A stretch of DNA of 64,000 nucleotides, taken from Nitrospirota bacterium. GTDB taxonomy: Bacteria > Nitrospinota_A > UBA7883 > JACRGQ01. The notes below the pieces were generated by a model. It made no database searches, was not told the origin of the DNA, and saw nothing but the letters and a program-made list of their open reading frames with translations. Below, piece by piece: positions 59,503-64,000 of this stretch (positions within the stretch are counted from its first letter, which is position 1; each line of letters begins with the position of its first letter). A program made the translations under genes and the position numbers. The stretch spans positions 10,471 to 74,470 of the forward strand of contig JAJRYD010000003.1 of NCBI GenBank assembly GCA_024275955.1, written 5' to 3'.

Positions 59503-60168
59503 CTATCGGCTTTTTTTAACATCTTTTTTTCCGCAAAACTTTTCTATTTTGCACTGCGAGCAGTGCGGTGAAACAGGCACGCAGAGGTTTTGGCCGTACG
59601 CTACGAGGATATCGTTAATTTCAATCCAATGACTCTTTGGTAAAATCTCCCTTAGCTTGAATTCTGTCTCCTGAGGGTTTTTGGTATTAACGTAGCCCCA
59701 CCTATTGGTAATTCTATGTACATGGATATCGACGCAAATACCCGGCTTGTTGAAAGCAAGAGTAATAACCAGATTTGCCGTTTTTCTGCCGACACCTTTT
59801 ATTTTAAGCAGTTCATCCAGATCGTCCGGTACTTTGCCGCGATACTCGTCGATTAGAACTTGGCTGACATGCTTTAGGGTGACAGCTTTGTTGCGGTAAA
59901 ACCCTACCGGAAAAATGAGCTTTTCCAGCTTTGACAGCGGGAGAACCGCGATTTTTTTCGGGCTATCGGCTACGGCAAAAAGCCTTCCAGATGCCTCTAG
60001 CGTTGTCTTATCTTTTGTGCGCAGTGATAAAAGGGTGGAAATAAGAACAAGGAACGGCGCGTTTTGCCTTGCGTAAATTCCGACAATCGGCTCTTTAAAC
60101 CTCTTAACCTCTTTTCGCAAAATTGCCACCACTCTGCTTATCGGGAACGATTTTTGCCCTATTGCCAT
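59503..60168 (-). CDS. nth: Endonuclease III
   Basis: HhH GVGRKTANLV, VDIHVHRI, C-x6-C-x2-C-x5-C. Confidence 0.93.
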   Translation of the reverse strand: MAIGQKSFPISRVVAILRKEVKRFKEPIVGIYARQNAPFLVLISTLLSLRTKDKTTLEASGRLFAVADSPKKIAVLPLSKLEKLIFPVGFYRNKAVTLKHVSQVLIDEYRGKVPDDLDELLKIKGVGRKTANLVITLAFNKPGICVDIHVHRITNRWGYVNTKNPQETEFKLREILPKSHWIEINDILVAYGQNLCVPVSPHCSQCKIEKFCGKKDVKKSR

Positions 60169-60260
60169 GCCTACTTTATACCGCTTTACCAAACCTGCCG
60201 CTACTAGTAGAATGGTTATCTGAAACCTATCGGCAAGAGAGGCTGTAGGAGTCTATAGAT

Positions 60261-62366
60261 ATGATGCCTAAGTATAAACAATACTTTTTTCTTCTGATCG
60301 TTTTTGTCCTCCTTTTTGGGGTAGGCGCGATATCTTTCTTTTTTTCTAAACATGCAGGCGATACCGAACAGTTTATCATCGAAAAGTTCGGTAACCAGCA
60401 GGTAAACTTTGCTAATAATATAAAAGGCAGGATAGAAAACGATTTTGAGCATATCGCTTTCTATCTTAAATTCCTTTTAATGGATAAAGCTGTTTACCAT
60501 GCTCTTGCCGATATCGCGTCAGGCCGGTCTAAAGAAAAAATAACCTCTAACGCCGATAGCCAAAATGATATTGCCGAAATGATTACCGAAATACTAGAGC
60601 ATCCTTACTATCTTTATCTCGTTATCAGCGACCGTGAGGGAAATCCCAAAGCTATCGCTTTCATGCAAGATGGCAGGCTTGTAGTTTCTGCTACAGATAA
60701 TGCCCCACCGCTTCCGCTTGCTAAACTTACACCGATGGAGAATGAGGCGGTTACTCTTCAACTCCGACAAAACTCGCTGTTGCCGGAAAGTGAAATAGCA
60801 GACCGGCTAGAGGTAATAGAGACTGTTGTGCCGCTTTACGGCAATGGCCGGCATTTAGGGTGGGCCGGAATTGGAGTCGACTTCAGCCTTGTGACAGAAA
60901 TAATTTCCAATCAGTCTGACGAAGAGAATAACCATAACTGGATTTTTGACTGGGACGGCAGTTTTATTTACTGTAGCTTTATCCCCTCCAGCGACTACCA
61001 CTCTGGTGAAATGAAACTGCTGAAAAACCTCACAGTCGGCTCTCACGAAGCTTCCACACACGAGGAAAACGGCAACGACCTGCTTTCATTTGTAAAGCTT
61101 AAGGTAGGCGAGAACCGCTGGAACATAGTAGTAGAAACAGAGCTTGAATATATGACGGGATATGTAAGAGCTTCCATCCATGTAGGGATGGCGCTTCTAA
61201 TCGTTATCCTTCTTACAGCTGTAATGGGGGTTTTCCTTCTATACAGATCGGCTATCAACCGCGATGTTGCCGAAAAAACGACACTAATACTAAACAAGGT
61301 TCAGGAATCTAAAGAGAAATACAGATCTATTTTTAACTCTACCCCTAATCCTGTTTTTCTTTTAGACGAGAGCTTTATCATTATTGATAAAAACGCGGGC
61401 GCCGCGAAAACCTTTCACCACAAAGCACAAGATCTTGCCGGTAAACCTGTTGATAAAATAATTCCAGAAATCGAAAGATACGCGGAGAATATAGGCAACG
61501 CCTCACCTCGCGTTAAAAGCACGAGATGGGATACCAGCCTTGTAAACCATTCCGGCGAGCTGATGTATTTCAGCAACTCGCTGACTATTGTTAAGGAAAA
61601 CTCTGGTATCGGCAAACTATACCTTTTGTATATGCACAATATAACCGAGCTAAAGACACTTCAAAACCAGCTTGCACAATCTGAAAAGTTGGCCTCTATA
61701 GGCGAGTTTATTGCCGGCATCGCCCATGAAATCAACAACCCGATGACCGGAATTCTTGGTTATTCAGAACTTCTTATGACAGAGGCGAAAGACTCCAGTG
61801 TTAGAGATGATGCCGGTAAGATTCATAAAGAAGCATTGAGATGCTCTCGTATAGTATCCGGCCTACTAACATTTGCCAGACAGCAAAGGGAAGAAAAAAG
61901 TATTGTCAGCATTCTTGACGCGGTAGATGCGAGCTTGGAAACAATCGGCTACGACATCGAATCCAGCAACATACAGGTTGAGAAAAAGATAGAGACTAAT
62001 TTAAAACCTGTTTACGGAAATATATTCGAGCTGGAGCAGGTAATCTTAAATATTATAAACAATGCTGTCTTCTTTCTGGAGCCGATGGACGGCGGCAAAA
62101 AAATCTGGATTACGGCACGCAGTGGTGAAGGGACGGTGGAGCTAAAGATAGAGAACAACGGTCCGCCTATAGATGATGACAAACTTGGAAAAATCTTCGA
62201 CCCGTTTTTTACTACAAAAGCTACCGGCAGAGGTACCGGCCTTGGACTCTCTATATCTTACGGAATTATACATTCGCACAAAGGAGAGCTATACGCGAAA
62301 AACGGCGACAGGGGTGTGGAGTTTAGTATCGTACTTCCGGCTGTCCGGGAAGAAACTATAAGCTAA
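60261..62366 (+). CDS. Membrane sensor histidine kinase (periplasmic domain, PAS, NtrB-like core)
   Basis: [31 protein letters not shown]. Confidence 0.9.
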   Translation: MMPKYKQYFFLLIVFVLLFGVGAISFFFSKHAGDTEQFIIEKFGNQQVNFANNIKGRIENDFEHIAFYLKFLLMDKAVYHALADIASGRSKEKITSNADSQNDIAEMITEILEHPYYLYLVISDREGNPKAIAFMQDGRLVVSATDNAPPLPLAKLTPMENEAVTLQLRQNSLLPESEIADRLEVIETVVPLYGNGRHLGWAGIGVDFSLVTEIISNQSDEENNHNWIFDWDGSFIYCSFIPSSDYHSGEMKLLKNLTVGSHEASTHEENGNDLLSFVKLKVGENRWNIVVETELEYMTGYVRASIHVGMALLIVILLTAVMGVFLLYRSAINRDVAEKTTLILNKVQESKEKYRSIFNSTPNPVFLLDESFIIIDKNAGAAKTFHHKAQDLAGKPVDKIIPEIERYAENIGNASPRVKSTRWDTSLVNHSGELMYFSNSLTIVKENSGIGKLYLLYMHNITELKTLQNQLAQSEKLASIGEFIAGIAHEINNPMTGILGYSELLMTEAKDSSVRDDAGKIHKEALRCSRIVSGLLTFARQQREEKSIVSILDAVDASLETIGYDIESSNIQVEKKIETNLKPVYGNIFELEQVILNIINNAVFFLEPMDGGKKIWITARSGEGTVELKIENNGPPIDDDKLGKIFDPFFTTKATGRGTGLGLSISYGIIHSHKGELYAKNGDRGVEFSIVLPAVREETIS

Positions 62367-63139
62367 TCCCGAATATCGTCGTCTGTATCTATGTACTTGA
62401 GCAGTTTGCCGCGCATCCGCATAACCGCTCTGGTATGAAGCTGTGAGACGCGTGACTCCGTAATGCCTAGTATCTCCCCTATCTCTTTCATGGTAAGTTC
62501 TTCGTAGTAATAGAGAGAAACCAACAGCCTTTCCTTTTCCGGAAGTTTGTCGATAGTATCGGCGATAATGGTGCGCACCTCGCTGACCCTCGCGGTAACT
62601 TGCGGATCATCATCGCTGGAGCCTGCGAGTACCTCCATAATATCCCGCTTTTCGCCATCTTTACTTACTCCGCCAAGATCTTCGACCGAAAGGATGGGAG
62701 AACTTTGTGCGCTGGCCAAAACCTTGTGAAAACCATCAAGGTCTACTCCAAGCTCCTTCGCGACCTCTTCGTCCTCTGCCGGACGGCCCTCTCTTTGTTC
62801 GACAGCGGCGTACACCGACGCAATCTCGACAGACTTTTGGCGGACAGAACGGGGAACCCAATCCATAGAACGCAGTTCGTCAAGAATCGCCCCTCTTATC
62901 CTTATTTCGGCGTAAGTCTTGAACATCGTCTGCCGGCCCGAATCGAACTTTTCGACCGCGTCGATTAAGCCCATAACTCCGGCACTCATAAGGTCGTCAA
63001 TCTCTATATGGGGAGGGAGGCGTACAGCTATTCTGTGGGAAATAAACTTGATTAAAGGTGCATACTCTTCAATCAGGCGGTCTGCTTCGGGTGTGCCGAT
63101 TTTCATCCCCGGAGTCGGCTCGGAATATATCTTTTTCAA
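62363..63139 (-). CDS. fliA: RNA polymerase sigma-28 factor
   Basis: RIRGAILDELRSMDWVPRS, LYYYEELTMKEIG, ESRVSQLH. Confidence 0.96.
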   Translation of the reverse strand: MKKIYSEPTPGMKIGTPEADRLIEEYAPLIKFISHRIAVRLPPHIEIDDLMSAGVMGLIDAVEKFDSGRQTMFKTYAEIRIRGAILDELRSMDWVPRSVRQKSVEIASVYAAVEQREGRPAEDEEVAKELGVDLDGFHKVLASAQSSPILSVEDLGGVSKDGEKRDIMEVLAGSSDDDPQVTARVSEVRTIIADTIDKLPEKERLLVSLYYYEELTMKEIGEILGITESRVSQLHTRAVMRMRGKLLKYIDTDDDIRD

Positions 63140-63450
63140 ATAACCCTCTAGTTTTTAGCAGTATAAGCTGTAAGTTCAGTAGTGTAAAGCGGTTTTGACG
63201 CGATTCTAACTGGAACAAATTAGCACTTCCCCGCCGTTTGAGTACGCATGATGTAAGCTGGAAAACTATAGGATGAGCCAGCTTAGAACATAGTGCTAGG
63301 CAAATAGAAGATAACTGTTGCTCTTGGTAACGGCTCTGATAAAGATTGACAAAGGCTATCGAAAATCAAACTAAAAATAGGTACAGTTCCATTCACTTTT
63401 GGGCTACTACTAGATGATGCGTTGACTCTAATTGCTATTAGACAAACCTC

Positions 63451-63560
63451 ATAAATTTGATTTTGTTTAAAACTGCCAACCGCTAAAATATCTACTTTAA
63501 AGAAGTTAAGAGATAAGTCTTTCCTTCAAATGCTCCAAAAACCATTTCGGCAACAGCCAC
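63451..63560 (+). mobile_element. MITE family A, left-truncated copy
   Basis: ATAAATTTGATTTTGTTTAAAA...TTTCGGCAACAGCCAC; left TIR missing. Confidence 0.82.
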
Positions 63561-64000
63561 GATATAAACTCTCCGCTTCACAAGAGTTAGGAAGCAAAGC
63601 AAACGCCCATCCCAAAGCTTTGTAGAAAGGCTCCGACCAAAGCACGGAGCGCTAGTTCCTACAGCCTGAGTATCTGATACAAAGCAACAATACAAATGTA
63701 AACGCGATAATTAAAAAATCCACACAGCTCCCTTCAAAATAAAGACCATAAAAATTTGCGGCCTAGTCAAAATCTATACAAAAGTAGAGCGCAACATACA
63801 TGCCAACAGTTCAAAGCCTCAATACATTGAATATTAAGTAACTATAGCTGTGCTACATCTCTAAGCAGTTAAACAGCCTCGTGGTGTACGATAAACAATA
63901 CTATTGAAACATGTTTTTGTCATATTTTTTCTAATCGGTTATGGAAAGCTGAAACTATAGCTTTTAATAGTTTTTGGCATATTGCCAGCTAAAAAAGTGA

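Overview
64 kb of chromosome from a Gram-negative (LPS-making), flagellated bacterium. Gene content suggests a Nitrospinota/deltaproteobacteria-like lineage (inference only). Housekeeping genes (waaF, lpxL, split his genes, bioBF, panC, plsY, thpR-recA-recX-pilD, ychF, cinA, hisC-pheA, trxB, nth, tRNA-His) alternate with signalling and envelope genes. No prophage, CRISPR array or transposase was seen. Main observations: (1) ten copies of a ~129-bp MITE-like element, six with 5-bp target-site duplications; (2) a sigma54-driven secreted Thr/Gly-rich protein followed by a TPR lipoprotein, a GT-C glycosyltransferase and an NTF2/TPR/ILEI-like protein, with a second GT-C and a bactofilin-TM-TPR fusion nearby, a candidate surface-structure/glycosylation system; (3) an unnamed ~70-aa domain ending in CxEH(x1-2)C shared by a TPR protein and a receiver protein whose gene appears to start at AUU; (4) a CHASE2 cyclase-SH3-M48-outer-membrane barrel operon near a class I cyclase; (5) flgB-fliE without flgC. 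All product calls come from motif recognition by eye; no database search was run.
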